Shown here piece after piece: positions 10,365 through 20,561 of a stretch of DNA of 64,000 nucleotides. Numbering within the stretch: position 1 is the stretch's first letter; each line of letters opens with the position of its first letter. A model generated the notes under the pieces. It ran no database searches and had not been told where the DNA came from. It saw only the letters and a program-made list of their open reading frames with translations. The stretch covers positions 5,145 through 69,144 of the forward strand of contig CAZMID010000003.1 in assembly GCA_964566255.1 (NCBI GenBank), written 5' to 3'. Both the position numbers and the translations under genes were made by a program. This DNA is from an uncultured Planctomycetia bacterium. Lineage in GTDB: Bacteria; Omnitrophota; Gorgyraeia; Gorgyraeales; Gorgyraeaceae.

Positions 10365-10803
10365 TGATAAAAAGCGCTACCAAAATACCTATGGCTGCGC
10401 CTATAAATACCTGTATAGGCGTATGTCCTAATAACTCCATAAGTCTTTCTTGTTTAACGCCTCTTTGCAGATAAATATCCTCTATTATTTTATTCAGCAC
10501 TCCTGCCTGTCTTCCACTTTGCCTTCTTACTCCCTGCGCATCAAACATTATAATAAAAGCAAAGAAAAAAGTAACTGCGAAAAAAGCTGATGAAAAACCG
10601 AAAATAAGACCGATAGATGTAGCTAAACTAGAGACAGTCGCAGCATGAGAACTAGGCATACCACCTGCCCCTACAAACCATTTAAAGTTAAATCGCCTCT
10701 TACGTATTACGCCGATTACTACTTTTATTGTCTGCGCCAATAACCATGAAAAAAGTGCAGCCAAAAATACATCATTTTTCCCAAGGGTTACAAAAAAATT
10801 CAT
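10357..10803 (-). CDS. divergent PAP2 / DUF212 acid-phosphatase-related membrane protein
   Basis: 148 aa. The GGMPSSHAAT signature is typical of the DUF212 (divergent PAP2) family. It has hydrophobic helices and an AGGAGG ribosome-binding site. Confidence 0.65.
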   Translation of the reverse strand: MNFFVTLGKNDVFLAALFSWLLAQTIKVVIGVIRKRRFNFKWFVGAGGMPSSHAATVSSLATSIGLIFGFSSAFFAVTFFFAFIIMFDAQGVRRQSGRQAGVLNKIIEDIYLQRGVKQERLMELLGHTPIQVFIGAAIGILVALFING

Positions 10804-10847
10804 AGTTCCTCCTAATGTCTTACTTATAGATGATAGTATTATATATA

Positions 10848-10877
10848 ATAGATAGGTCCTATGGCAAGTAAAAAGGA
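10848..10877 (-). promoter_or_regulatory. Candidate promoter for the DUF212 gene, read on the minus strand. The -35 is TTGCCA, then an 18-nt spacer, then the -10 TATAAT.
   Basis: Read directly. It sits 45 nt upstream of the AGGAGG-ATG at 10803. Confidence 0.35.
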
Positions 10878-10901
10878 AATCTCACTAGGTAGATTATTAT
10901 A

Positions 10902-11747
10902 TTAGAATTTCAGGGTACCGCCAATACTAAAGGCAGTTTCGTTGATAAGTCGTGCTTCAAAATTAAATAAATACCAACTCCAAAGATTTGGCATTATATC
11001 ACAGCCCAATACAGCACCAAAAATACTATCATCACTTGCATCAAATGTAGAGTAAAGTATACCATTTGTACTTTTTGTAAAATGGACATCGACATCTATA
11101 TCTGAAAATGTTACGCCACTATATGGAACTATATAAAAATCCTTCATTCCTATAGGAAGTATAAATTTTTTGCTGACCAATAAACTTACTTGCCAGTCTT
11201 TTATTCCAAAATCCTCATTCGTTGCATCTACAGTCTCTGCGGTATCTCCACCTATCAACATCTTTTCAATATCTAAATCAATGCTTCTATATTGTGCATC
11301 TAATGTAAACTTAACACCATGATCTATAAACTCCCATAATTTTGCCTTTATTCCTGCTGCATATATAAAACCAGGGTCTGCTTCTACAGTAACACAGTCA
11401 TCGTGCTGATCCCATTGTACGTTAAATTCAGACGAACCAACCTTTATGTAAGGTTCCAATACATTATAAAAATTATTTGATATTTTAAACATATAACTAG
11501 TTCCGTCCAATACAGCACCGTTAACATCAGCAGGGGATGAAGTAAGGTCTCTACTGAACATATACTCTGCATCTACACTAGCTTTTATACTCACACCGGA
11601 CTCATAGCAGTCAAGGGTCTGACTTATAGCTAAATCTCTAAAACACAATGATTCTTCTGGTATGCTAATTTCAGGACCTCCTACCGTTGCTGCCAGGGAA
11701 GGTACAGTAAAACTCAAGAAAAATAAAACTATTAGTATTTTTTTCAT
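10902..11747 (-). CDS. secreted outer-membrane beta-barrel-like protein (paralog A)
   Basis: 281 aa. It has a signal peptide ending …AATVGG. The C-terminus …FSIGGTLKF ends in Phe, the outer-membrane-protein sorting signature. The sequence alternates hydrophobic and aromatic residues. Confidence 0.55.
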   Translation of the reverse strand: MKKILIVLFFLSFTVPSLAATVGGPEISIPEESLCFRDLAISQTLDCYESGVSIKASVDAEYMFSRDLTSSPADVNGAVLDGTSYMFKISNNFYNVLEPYIKVGSSEFNVQWDQHDDCVTVEADPGFIYAAGIKAKLWEFIDHGVKFTLDAQYRSIDLDIEKMLIGGDTAETVDATNEDFGIKDWQVSLLVSKKFILPIGMKDFYIVPYSGVTFSDIDVDVHFTKSTNGILYSTFDASDDSIFGAVLGCDIMPNLWSWYLFNFEARLINETAFSIGGTLKF

Positions 11748-11768
11748 ATTTTCACCTAATTATATTTT

Positions 11769-12632
11769 TTAAAATTTCAATGTACCGCCAAACGTCAACG
11801 CAATTTCATTTAAAAATCTAGCTTCTATGCTATAAATAAAAGAGCTTCTTAAACTCGACATGATGTCGAATCCCATGAAAAAACCACCTACATCGTCGTT
11901 ACTTGCATCAAAAAGTGAAAACTCAGAGACAGCAAAACCAGACTCTTTAAAAGACACATCCACAGTAGAATCAGACATACTCACACCAGTATAAGGTACT
12001 ACATAAATACTTTGCCATCTTAATGGGACCTCAAATTTTTTACTTAATGCAAGTGAGGCCTGCCATTCCTCTATCTTAAAAATAGCTCCAGAATCACTTA
12101 CAGTCGCACCTTCTCGTGTCATCTCTTCCACATCAAGATCTGCAATCCTGTACTGACTATCTGCAGTTAAGCGAATACCCCAAGCATCAAAATCCCACAA
12201 AACTAACTTTGCACCACCGCCCCATGTAAAACCAGAATCACTCTCAACTTCTAGATTATGCGCATCATTTTGTTTCCATTTCACTTCTAAATTAGAAGTG
12301 CCAAGTTTAATATATGGTTCAATTTTGTTAAAAATAGTAGCCCCTATCTTTGCCATGTACCACTGACCTTCTAACTCAGCACCTTCTATCTCAACAGGAG
12401 CTTTTAGGTCTTTTTCAAGTACAAATTCTGCATCAAAGGATACCTTCAGCTTAAAGGCCTCTTCATATTCATCTAGGGTATCGTCTATAACCTGTTGACG
12501 TAATATACTAGACATAGTAGGTACATCTAGATCAAGTGGATTACCTACAGTAGCGGCATGGGATGTTGTACTAATCATAAATATAGCCACCAATAATAAA
12601 AAAGATATAATATAGATACTTCTTGTATTCAT
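11769..12632 (-). CDS. secreted outer-membrane beta-barrel-like protein (paralog B)
   Basis: 287 aa. The layout matches paralog A: signal peptide …HAATVGNP and C-terminus …LTFGGTLKF. Blocks are clearly alignable with paralog A. Confidence 0.55.
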   Translation of the reverse strand: MNTRSIYIISFLLLVAIFMISTTSHAATVGNPLDLDVPTMSSILRQQVIDDTLDEYEEAFKLKVSFDAEFVLEKDLKAPVEIEGAELEGQWYMAKIGATIFNKIEPYIKLGTSNLEVKWKQNDAHNLEVESDSGFTWGGGAKLVLWDFDAWGIRLTADSQYRIADLDVEEMTREGATVSDSGAIFKIEEWQASLALSKKFEVPLRWQSIYVVPYTGVSMSDSTVDVSFKESGFAVSEFSLFDASNDDVGGFFMGFDIMSSLRSSFIYSIEARFLNEIALTFGGTLKF

Positions 12633-12717
12633 TACGAATACCCTTTCTATGAACTATAATAAAATATAGTATTTTATCTTAATTTATAATGAAGTATACA
12701 TTATGATATCTAAGTTG

Positions 12718-13866
12718 TCAAGTTTTGGGGAGGTTAAATATGAAACTGGAGCCTTTACCAGGAAAGCTTTCTACTCGTATACGACCTTTATGAAGAGTTA
12801 TAATGTCTTTTACTATTGGAAGGCCTAAGCCTGTTCCTTCTTTTTTCTCACGCATCAAACTTACAAACTTATCAAAAATCTTATCCACTTCTTCCTTATC
12901 CATCCCTAAGCCAGTATCCTTCACTTCTGCCTGAATCTCATCCTGAAGCTCAGTTATCCTTATGGTAATAGAACCTTCATCAGTAAACTTTAAGGCATTT
13001 CCTATCAAATTCACAAACACCTGGGTTAATTTATCTTTATCAGCATTAATAACAATAGAATCTGTAGAAATCTCTTTTTTTATGTCTATTTTTTTGTTTT
13101 TGGCTAATTTCTCAAAACCTTTTACAGCCTCTTTAGCAAGTTTTACTATATCCAGTTTTTCTTTACTGAGTTGTATTTTACCTGATTCTATCTTTGAAAG
13201 ATCTAATAAATCATTCACGAGTCTTGTAAGTCTATTTAACACCCTAAAAACATCGTCTAATATCTCTTTCTGCTTTGGTTGAATAGTACCTGCAAAACCT
13301 TTTTCAATATTATCTAGATTACCTTTTACTATACTTAAGGGGGTTCTTAATTCATGAACTACATTTATTACAAAGTCTGATTTCATTCTATCCAATTCCA
13401 TTAGTTTTGAATTTGTCTTTTCCAATTCATCTTTTTTTAAGGCTATCTCTTTTTGAAGTCGGTCTCTTTCAAGTCTGGCCCTAAATTCTGCTATTGTCTT
13501 TTTAATCATTAAAGGCACTGAATCTTCGTAATTTTCCCTCTTTGGTAAATAATCAAAAGCCCCTTCCTTTATAAGCCTTACTGCAACTGCCTCATCTCCC
13601 TGGCCTGTCATTATAACTACTGGTATTTCTATTTTTTCTGCCTTGATTTCTTCTAACGTCTGAAGTCCACTTTTTTTAGGAAGATTGTAATCTAAAAGAA
13701 CTATATGATATAAGTCCTTTTTTAAATGAGAGACTGCTTCTTCGCCTGAAGCGACATGGGTAATTTTGTATTCAAAGGAAGCTTCCCTCTGAAGTTTTTT
13801 CTGGACTATGAGGGCGTCTGTAGGATTATCTTCTACTAATAAAACATTTAATTTTTCTTTGGCCAT
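12718..13866 (-). CDS. cytoplasmic hybrid sensor kinase, ordered REC-HisKA-HATPase
   Basis: 382 aa. The N-terminal receiver domain is …VLLVEDNPTD…LLDYNLPKKSG…. A coiled coil follows. The H-box is HELRTPL. The G-boxes are DTGLGM and GTGLGL. There is no transmembrane segment. Confidence 0.8.
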   Translation of the reverse strand: MAKEKLNVLLVEDNPTDALIVQKKLQREASFEYKITHVASGEEAVSHLKKDLYHIVLLDYNLPKKSGLQTLEEIKAEKIEIPVVIMTGQGDEAVAVRLIKEGAFDYLPKRENYEDSVPLMIKKTIAEFRARLERDRLQKEIALKKDELEKTNSKLMELDRMKSDFVINVVHELRTPLSIVKGNLDNIEKGFAGTIQPKQKEILDDVFRVLNRLTRLVNDLLDLSKIESGKIQLSKEKLDIVKLAKEAVKGFEKLAKNKKIDIKKEISTDSIVINADKDKLTQVFVNLIGNALKFTDEGSITIRITELQDEIQAEVKDTGLGMDKEEVDKIFDKFVSLMREKKEGTGLGLPIVKDIITLHKGRIRVESFPGKGSSFIFNLPKT

Positions 13867-13921
13867 TTTAATCTACCCCTTGGAAGATTGTATCACACAG
13901 ATACAATTACTTCAAGGTGCT

Positions 13922-14491
13922 TCAATCTTTTAAATGCACATCTGCATATACTGCCAGCATCTCCTGGATTTTTTTAGAAGGTAAAATAACAAAATAATGA
14001 TCTATTATGCAATGTGCCATTTCATGTGCAAGTATTTTTTCGTTTATAACATCTTCTAATGTATATATAGTATTTGTAGTATAGACATAAAAAGACGAGA
14101 CGTTATTGGGTTCACTGAAAATCTCTTCGTATGCTTTATCTAATGCATCTTTAGTCTTATATATATTGATACTTACTTGGATATCTGACGGATACATATC
14201 TAGTATATCTTCAACTCTATTAAAAATCGCATCAAACTTATCTGTTAATATTTCTTTTACTGAAAGTTCCATAGATGATCTATATCTCCTAGGACTATAA
14301 AAATCAGAAAATCCAAGATTTATGGATCTGTCAACTTTTTCTAAATTAACTTCATTTTCATAAAAAATAGTACAAAATCTAGTTGAAAATGTATTGCCTT
14401 TTTCTTCTTCTAGATACCCTTGAGAATATACAGGATTCACAAAGATAAAAAAACAATATACAGTTACTAGAATAATATTAATTAATCTCAT
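13922..14491 (-). CDS. hypothetical secreted protein with an HExxH zinc-metallopeptidase-like motif
   Basis: 189 aa with a signal peptide. The motif …ILAHEMAHCIIDHYF… lies near the C-terminus. Confidence 0.4.
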   Translation of the reverse strand: MRLINIILVTVYCFFIFVNPVYSQGYLEEEKGNTFSTRFCTIFYENEVNLEKVDRSINLGFSDFYSPRRYRSSMELSVKEILTDKFDAIFNRVEDILDMYPSDIQVSINIYKTKDALDKAYEEIFSEPNNVSSFYVYTTNTIYTLEDVINEKILAHEMAHCIIDHYFVILPSKKIQEMLAVYADVHLKD

Positions 14492-15087
14492 CAGCGTCTT
14501 ATTTTAAAATATCCCAAAGCTTTTTTAAGACCTTGCTTATCTTTCTTAAGTTCTGAGACTACACCCTTTATATCTTCTTTTAAGAGCATCTCATTGTTTG
14601 TATTATCCGACAGTTTTTCTATCAAATTATCAATTTTTTCTGATACCTTGATTACATTTAAAAGCCCCATGCTAAGATCATCTGTCATATTATTGAAAGA
14701 AGTAACCAAATTTTGAAACTGATCCTTCTTCCTTATGTTTAGATTTGAATAAAGCTCTCCTGAACCAATTTTCTGGGCATGTTTCTCAAATCTATATACA
14801 GGTCCAACTAACCTATGTGTCATAAGAAGCACTATTATATAGGCTATTACAACAGAAACCAGCCCCACTATGATACCGCCAAATAATAAACCAGGAAGTA
14901 GATAGCTAGTAGTACTTTTCACAACCAATCTAGAGTTTTCAAAAGATGTCGTAAGCGTACGATTTGAAAAGATATAGACTATTATCCCAAAAATCACACA
15001 TCCTAAAGCAACCAATCCGCAAAACTTTAGTATGAACTCTGCCTGAAAAGACTTATTTATAAAATAATTCTTGCGTTTCATATTCAT
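14491..15087 (-). CDS. membrane protein with two transmembrane segments and a HAMP-like linker
   Basis: 198 aa. Two hydrophobic helices bracket a periplasmic loop. An amphipathic HAMP-like segment follows (…HRLVGPVYRFEKHAQKIGSGELY…). There is no output domain. Confidence 0.4.
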   Translation of the reverse strand: MNMKRKNYFINKSFQAEFILKFCGLVALGCVIFGIIVYIFSNRTLTTSFENSRLVVKSTTSYLLPGLLFGGIIVGLVSVVIAYIIVLLMTHRLVGPVYRFEKHAQKIGSGELYSNLNIRKKDQFQNLVTSFNNMTDDLSMGLLNVIKVSEKIDNLIEKLSDNTNNEMLLKEDIKGVVSELKKDKQGLKKALGYFKIRR

Positions 15088-15098
15088 ATCACTCCTCC

Positions 15099-15671
15099 TT
15101 AGTTATTTGATATTATTTCTTCCAATAATGACTTATTTACCTTTATATCTGATTTTTTCTTGAGTTCTTGTATCCATTTATCCATTGCTGCTGTTTCTTT
15201 TCTTTGTCTTATAAGTGTTGCTATATCCTTTTCTACGTCTGAAAGGGACTTTTTTTCTCCGGAAGCTATATAATATTCTTCTATCTCATTGTCATATACA
15301 CGAATTGAACCCGATACCCTTCTGGCCTCTCTTTCAAGTAAAAGCCTTAAAAGTGCCTGCTCCCAGTAATTTTCAATGGTCTTCATAAAATTCTTCTCTT
15401 TATCGATATTTTGCTTTTGGGCCTCTTGGAGTAATATCTCTTTTTCCAATAAACCATCTATATATCTTTTTCTGCCGCCTTCGGTCTCTAAAAAATATAA
15501 CTTATCATGAGGTGTATGCCTTAATTCATACTTTAGATCTTCTACAGTCATCTTATAGTTATTCACATGGGCAACTACACGATTATCTCCTTCAGTTTTA
15601 TTCCCAGAACACCCAACAACAAAAGAAAACACAAAAGAAATAACCAAAATATCATAAAATACTTTTTTCAT
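15099..15671 (-). CDS. lipoprotein resembling a SurA N-terminal chaperone domain
   Basis: 190 aa. It has a VVGC lipobox. The helical N-domain pattern resembles the SurA/PpiD N-terminal domain. Confidence 0.3.
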   Translation of the reverse strand: MKKVFYDILVISFVFSFVVGCSGNKTEGDNRVVAHVNNYKMTVEDLKYELRHTPHDKLYFLETEGGRKRYIDGLLEKEILLQEAQKQNIDKEKNFMKTIENYWEQALLRLLLEREARRVSGSIRVYDNEIEEYYIASGEKKSLSDVEKDIATLIRQRKETAAMDKWIQELKKKSDIKVNKSLLEEIISNN

Positions 15672-15684
15672 AGACTACCTCCTT

Positions 15685-16254
15685 CTAACTTTTTATTAAA
15701 GACATTGCTTCTGCCCTTGTTTTTGGATTTTCTTTAAAGATGCCCCTTATGGCACTTGTAACTGTTGAAACCCCTGCTTTTTTAACTCCCCTCATACTCA
15801 TACACAAATGCTCTGCCTCAATAATAACCATAACGCCCATTGGCCTGAGCTTTTTCATTACTGTATCAGCTATTTCAGTAGTAAGTCTTTCCTGAACCTG
15901 TAATCTCTTGGAAAAAATCTCTACGACCCTAGCAAGCTTACTCAATCCTGTAACCCTATTGTTTTTAGGGATATAAGCTATGTGGACCACGCCTATAAAA
16001 GGCAAAAGATGATGTTCACACATAGAATATAACGGGATACCTTTTAAAAGTACAATCTCATCGTGCTTTTCAGATAAAAGTACTTCTAGTTCTTTTGAAG
16101 GATCTTTTGAAATACCACCAAATATCTCTTCGTACATAAGAGCAACTCTTTCGGGTGTCTTTTTGAGATCTGACCTATCAGGGTTTTCTCCAATTGCTTC
16201 AAATATCATCCTTACAGCTTTTTCGATTTTGGTCTTATTCATACATCTCCTCAC
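15685..16254 (-). CDS. folE: GTP cyclohydrolase I
   Basis: 189 aa. Conserved motifs: …[21 protein letters not shown]… and …ERLTTEIAD…. Confidence 0.9.
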   Translation of the reverse strand: MRRCMNKTKIEKAVRMIFEAIGENPDRSDLKKTPERVALMYEEIFGGISKDPSKELEVLLSEKHDEIVLLKGIPLYSMCEHHLLPFIGVVHIAYIPKNNRVTGLSKLARVVEIFSKRLQVQERLTTEIADTVMKKLRPMGVMVIIEAEHLCMSMRGVKKAGVSTVTSAIRGIFKENPKTRAEAMSLIKS

Positions 16255-17645
16255 TTTCCTATGCAGAATTCTGAAAATATTCTATCAAGCGCTTCTTCTG
16301 TTATGGTATGACCTGTTACTTCTCCTAAAGTCTCAATAGATGAACGCACGTAAATACTCGCACAATCCATTGGAAGCTTTCTTTTTAAAATCTCTAAGAC
16401 TTCTTCTATATCTTTAATAGAACGTCGTAATAAATTCAGCTGCCTATCATTAGAAATGCTTGCAAAATCTGCTGCTTTAGCTTTACCTTCAAATATAACA
16501 TCTTTTATCGTATTTTCCAATTTATCAATGCCTGATGAATCTAAAACTGAAGTATATACTATTGGTTTCTTAGGAAAAGATTTTCTAACCCTTTTAACAT
16601 CTATAGCTTTTTTCAAATCTACTTTATTTATAGCTATTATCACTTCTTTGTGTTTATCCTTAATATTATTCATCAGGTTTAAATCATCTTTATTTAATTT
16701 TTTTGAATAATCTAATACAAAAAGAATCAGGTCTGATGATTCTATAGAAAAATGACTCCTCTTTACACCCTCTTTTTCTATTGCACAATCTGTGGTTGTT
16801 ATCCCTGCTGTATCTGTAAGGACTAGTGGTATTCCTTTAATATTTACAATCTCTTCTATGGTATCCCTTGTAGTACCCGGTAAATGTGTAACAATAGCCC
16901 TTGATTCTTTGAGTAAGGCATTCATTAAACTTGATTTACCTACATTGGCCCTTCCACATATAACCAGTTTTATGCCTTGTCGTAAAATCTTTCCTTCGCG
17001 AGCAGAAGAGATTAATTTTTCTACAGTCTTCTTGATCTCTTTAAGCCTATTAAATATATCTTTTTTCTTTAAATTATCTATATCTTCTTCTGAAAAATCT
17101 ATGGCTAACTCAATGTGAGCCAACACATTTACTAACTTATCCCTTATATCATTAATCTTTTTTGAAAATAGTCCTCCTAGATTATCTGCTGCAACCTTTA
17201 GGCTTAAATCAGTCTTTGATCTTATTATATCTAAGACTGACTCTGCCTGAAGTATATCTATCCTTCCATTCAAAAACGCCCTCTTAGTAAATTCCCCTGG
17301 CTCTGCAAGACGAACATCATTTACTAAAACCAGATCTAAAATCTTTCTAAGGGGTACTATACCGCTATGACAATTAATTTCAACTACATCTTCTTTTGTA
17401 TAGCTCTTTGGAGCGCGCATTATTGTTAAAATTACCTCATCTATAATATCTTTTTTGTCAACAATGTGGCCATAATGGACTGTGTAGGTCTTAAAACCAG
17501 ATGGTTTTTTACCATTCCTTGGTAAAAATATCTTATCCATAATCTTAAGCGAATCTTTACCGCTAAGACGCACTATACCTATACCGCCTTCACCTATAGG
17601 AGTTGATATTGCTACAATTGTATCGTCTAATTTTATGCTGGCCAT
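16251..17645 (-). CDS. mnmE: tRNA modification GTPase MnmE/TrmE
   Basis: 464 aa. Features include the N-terminal [22 protein letters not shown], the G-domain [10 protein letters not shown], and the C-terminal …CIGK. Confidence 0.9.
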   Translation of the reverse strand: MASIKLDDTIVAISTPIGEGGIGIVRLSGKDSLKIMDKIFLPRNGKKPSGFKTYTVHYGHIVDKKDIIDEVILTIMRAPKSYTKEDVVEINCHSGIVPLRKILDLVLVNDVRLAEPGEFTKRAFLNGRIDILQAESVLDIIRSKTDLSLKVAADNLGGLFSKKINDIRDKLVNVLAHIELAIDFSEEDIDNLKKKDIFNRLKEIKKTVEKLISSAREGKILRQGIKLVICGRANVGKSSLMNALLKESRAIVTHLPGTTRDTIEEIVNIKGIPLVLTDTAGITTTDCAIEKEGVKRSHFSIESSDLILFVLDYSKKLNKDDLNLMNNIKDKHKEVIIAINKVDLKKAIDVKRVRKSFPKKPIVYTSVLDSSGIDKLENTIKDVIFEGKAKAADFASISNDRQLNLLRRSIKDIEEVLEILKRKLPMDCASIYVRSSIETLGEVTGHTITEEALDRIFSEFCIGK

Positions 17646-19000
17646 AGTATTTCTTGTTTTTTAAAAAATCTTATTGCTTCACTTACGACATAAAAAGAAC
17701 CGGTAACTAATATTAGATCTTCACTACTAGCTATATCAAGGGCTATATTTAAAGCCGTATCTACATTATCAGTTATTTTTACCTCTTTTTCAGAAAAATT
17801 CTCTTTTAAACTAATCGGATTTTTTGCGCGTTCATTACAAGATTTTGTTAAAATTACTAAATCACTAAATTTATCCAACTTGCTACTTACACCTTTTATA
17901 TCTTTATCACTTGATATACCAAATATACATATAAATCTTTTGTAAGAAAAAATATTTTTTATCGACGATAAAACTGCTGCCATACTAGCTACATTTTGTG
18001 CTCCATCTAAAACTACATAAGGCTCTTTTTGAATAATCTGTAATCTCCCAGGCCATGAAATATTTTTCAGTCCTCTTTGTATAGTATCCTCTATTATTCT
18101 TAATTCAGATTTATCCATAAATTTTGTTATAGCTATACCTAAAGCTGCATTCTCAACCTGATGAGAACCTAATAAATTTAATTCTAGATTTTTATATGAA
18201 TAACTAGAGCTATCCAGATTAAAAACTTGATGAGTATCATTTGAATCGATAATATTATAATTTATATCTTTGGTTACCTCATATAAGGGGAGATTTTTTT
18301 CCTTACAAACTCTTCTTATAACTGATATTACTTCTTTTTTCTGATGAGACGTAAATATAGCTTCAGGATTTTTTATAATACCAGCTTTTTCCTTTGTAAT
18401 CTCTTCTAAGGAATTACCTAATTTATCAGTATGCTCTAAACTGATGCTTGTTATGCCACAAATAATAGATTCTGTAACATTTGTTGCATCTAACCTACCA
18501 CCAAGTCCTGTTTCTAAGATAGCTATATCTATATTTTCCTCTTTAAAATATAAAAAACTACACGCTGTGAGAATCTCAAAGAAAGATAACTTACCTAAGG
18601 TTTCATGATCTCTAAATTCTTCGGCAACTAACTTTATTCTTTCAATGAGTTCTATAAATCTATCTTTGGGTATAACACATTCACCGAAAATCCTAATCCT
18701 TTCTCTTATATCCAAAAGATGAGGAGAGGTATATAATCCTACACGATATCCAGCTTCTTTTAAAATAGAACTTATGATAACGCACGTTGAGCCCTTGCCT
18801 TTAGAGCCGGCTATATGTACTATCTTAATGCCTTGATGAGGGTTTCCTAAACGCTCCAGGAAAGCATACATCCTCTCTAATCTAAAACTTGAGGCATAAC
18901 TATATTTTGGGATTTTTTCAAAATTTATGAAGGAATCGATATAGTCAATGGTTCTTATGTAATCCATTAAACATCGCTCAATGTTTAAAGTGCCTGGCAC
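17633..19000 (-). CDS. folC: folylpolyglutamate synthase / dihydrofolate synthase
   Basis: 455 aa. It has the Mur-ligase P-loop IHIAGSKGKGST and …YTSPHLLDIRERI…. Confidence 0.85.
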   Translation of the reverse strand: MPGTLNIERCLMDYIRTIDYIDSFINFEKIPKYSYASSFRLERMYAFLERLGNPHQGIKIVHIAGSKGKGSTCVIISSILKEAGYRVGLYTSPHLLDIRERIRIFGECVIPKDRFIELIERIKLVAEEFRDHETLGKLSFFEILTACSFLYFKEENIDIAILETGLGGRLDATNVTESIICGITSISLEHTDKLGNSLEEITKEKAGIIKNPEAIFTSHQKKEVISVIRRVCKEKNLPLYEVTKDINYNIIDSNDTHQVFNLDSSSYSYKNLELNLLGSHQVENAALGIAITKFMDKSELRIIEDTIQRGLKNISWPGRLQIIQKEPYVVLDGAQNVASMAAVLSSIKNIFSYKRFICIFGISSDKDIKGVSSKLDKFSDLVILTKSCNERAKNPISLKENFSEKEVKITDNVDTALNIALDIASSEDLILVTGSFYVVSEAIRFFKKQEILWPA

Positions 19001-20546
19001 CAGTAAAAACCATACTTATGCCAGCTTCATCACATGATTTTATAACAGATTCATCGCGTATGGATCCGCCTGGTTGGATAATGCTGGTTATACCTGCTTT
19101 TTTAGCCTCTTGGATAGCATCTTCTTTTGGGAAGAACGCATCACTTGCACAAATAGATCCCTTACATCGGCCATTTGATTTTCTGATGGCAATTATCATT
19201 GAATCTACCCTGGACATCTGTCCTGCACCAATACCAATGGTCTTTGTATCACTACACAAGACTATTGCATTGGAACGAACGTGTTTTACTATCTTCCATC
19301 CAAAAAGAAGAGATTTTATTTCTTGAGGAGTTGGTTTTTTCTTAGTAGCTATTTTTAAATCTTTTTCTTCTATATTTAAAATATCTCTATCTTGAATGAG
19401 TAGGCCACCTACTACCTTTTTTAAATCATAATCCTTCTCTATACCCTTAAGAGGTCCTACCTCTATTAATCTCAAATTCTTCTTGGTCTTAAAAACCTCT
19501 ATTGCCTCAGGTTCATAGTTAGGTGCAATAACGCATTCGGTAAAACCTGCTGAAGTTATTGCCTCAGCCGTAGCTTTATCGCATTTTCTATTTAAGCCAA
19601 CAATACTTCCAAAGGCAGATACCCTATCACAATCCAATGCATCAATATAGGCCTTTTTTAAACTATCTCCCTGTGCTGCACCGCAAGGATTTGTATGTTT
19701 AATCACGCTCGCTGCTGGTTCCTTAAATGATTTTACTATCTCAAGGGCCGCATCGAGGTCTATTATATTATTAAAGGAAAGCTCTTTTCCTTGAAGCTGT
19801 TTAGCATTACTTATGCCAACTATATTTATATTTTTATCTCTATAAAAACCTGCCTTCTGGTGGGGGTTTTCTCCATATCTTAAAGACTGTACTTTTTCAA
19901 AAGAAAGCCCTAATGTATCAGGAAAAGACTCATCTTTAGATTCAGATTTACCATTTACTTTTTCTTTTAAATAGTTATAAATAGCTGTATCGTATTTAGA
20001 AGTTTTCTCAAATACCTCAACCCCTAATTTAAAATGCAGTTCATCTGAGATAGATCCGTTATTCTTCTTTAAATCTTGTAAAACATCCTTATACCTATCA
20101 GGATTACATAAAACTACTACGTCTTTAAAATTTTTAGCAGCCGACCTGAGCATGCTGGGACCGCCTATATCTATTTTTTCAATGGCCTCTTCAAGTTTAA
20201 CACCTTTCTTTGCAACAGTATTTTCAAATGGATATAAATTTACGACAACCATATCGATTAATTCTATTCCATGCTTTCCAACCTGCCCCATATGGCTTTC
20301 ATCTTCACGAAGCGCTAAAAGTCCTCCATGGATCTTAGGGTGAAGGGTCTTTACTCTGCCACTTAACATCTCTGGAAAACCAGTATAATCTGAAACAGAC
20401 CTTACTTTTATTCCTAAACTGGCTATAAGTTTTGCGGTGCCTCCTGTAGATAATATCTCTACACCTAGTTCATTAAGACCTTTTACGAATTCATCAAGAC
20501 CTGTCTTGTCTGATACGCTAATAAGTGCCCTTTTTACTTTACGCAT
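18978..20546 (-). CDS. purH: bifunctional AICAR transformylase / IMP cyclohydrolase
   Basis: 522 aa. The N-terminal MGS-like domain is ALISVSDKTGL…LSTGGTAK. The C-terminal AICARFT domain ends …ARHFKH. Confidence 0.95.
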   Translation of the reverse strand: MRKVKRALISVSDKTGLDEFVKGLNELGVEILSTGGTAKLIASLGIKVRSVSDYTGFPEMLSGRVKTLHPKIHGGLLALREDESHMGQVGKHGIELIDMVVVNLYPFENTVAKKGVKLEEAIEKIDIGGPSMLRSAAKNFKDVVVLCNPDRYKDVLQDLKKNNGSISDELHFKLGVEVFEKTSKYDTAIYNYLKEKVNGKSESKDESFPDTLGLSFEKVQSLRYGENPHQKAGFYRDKNINIVGISNAKQLQGKELSFNNIIDLDAALEIVKSFKEPAASVIKHTNPCGAAQGDSLKKAYIDALDCDRVSAFGSIVGLNRKCDKATAEAITSAGFTECVIAPNYEPEAIEVFKTKKNLRLIEVGPLKGIEKDYDLKKVVGGLLIQDRDILNIEEKDLKIATKKKPTPQEIKSLLFGWKIVKHVRSNAIVLCSDTKTIGIGAGQMSRVDSMIIAIRKSNGRCKGSICASDAFFPKEDAIQEAKKAGITSIIQPGGSIRDESVIKSCDEAGISMVFTGARHFKH

Positions 20547-20561
20547 AAATTACCCCTTTCC

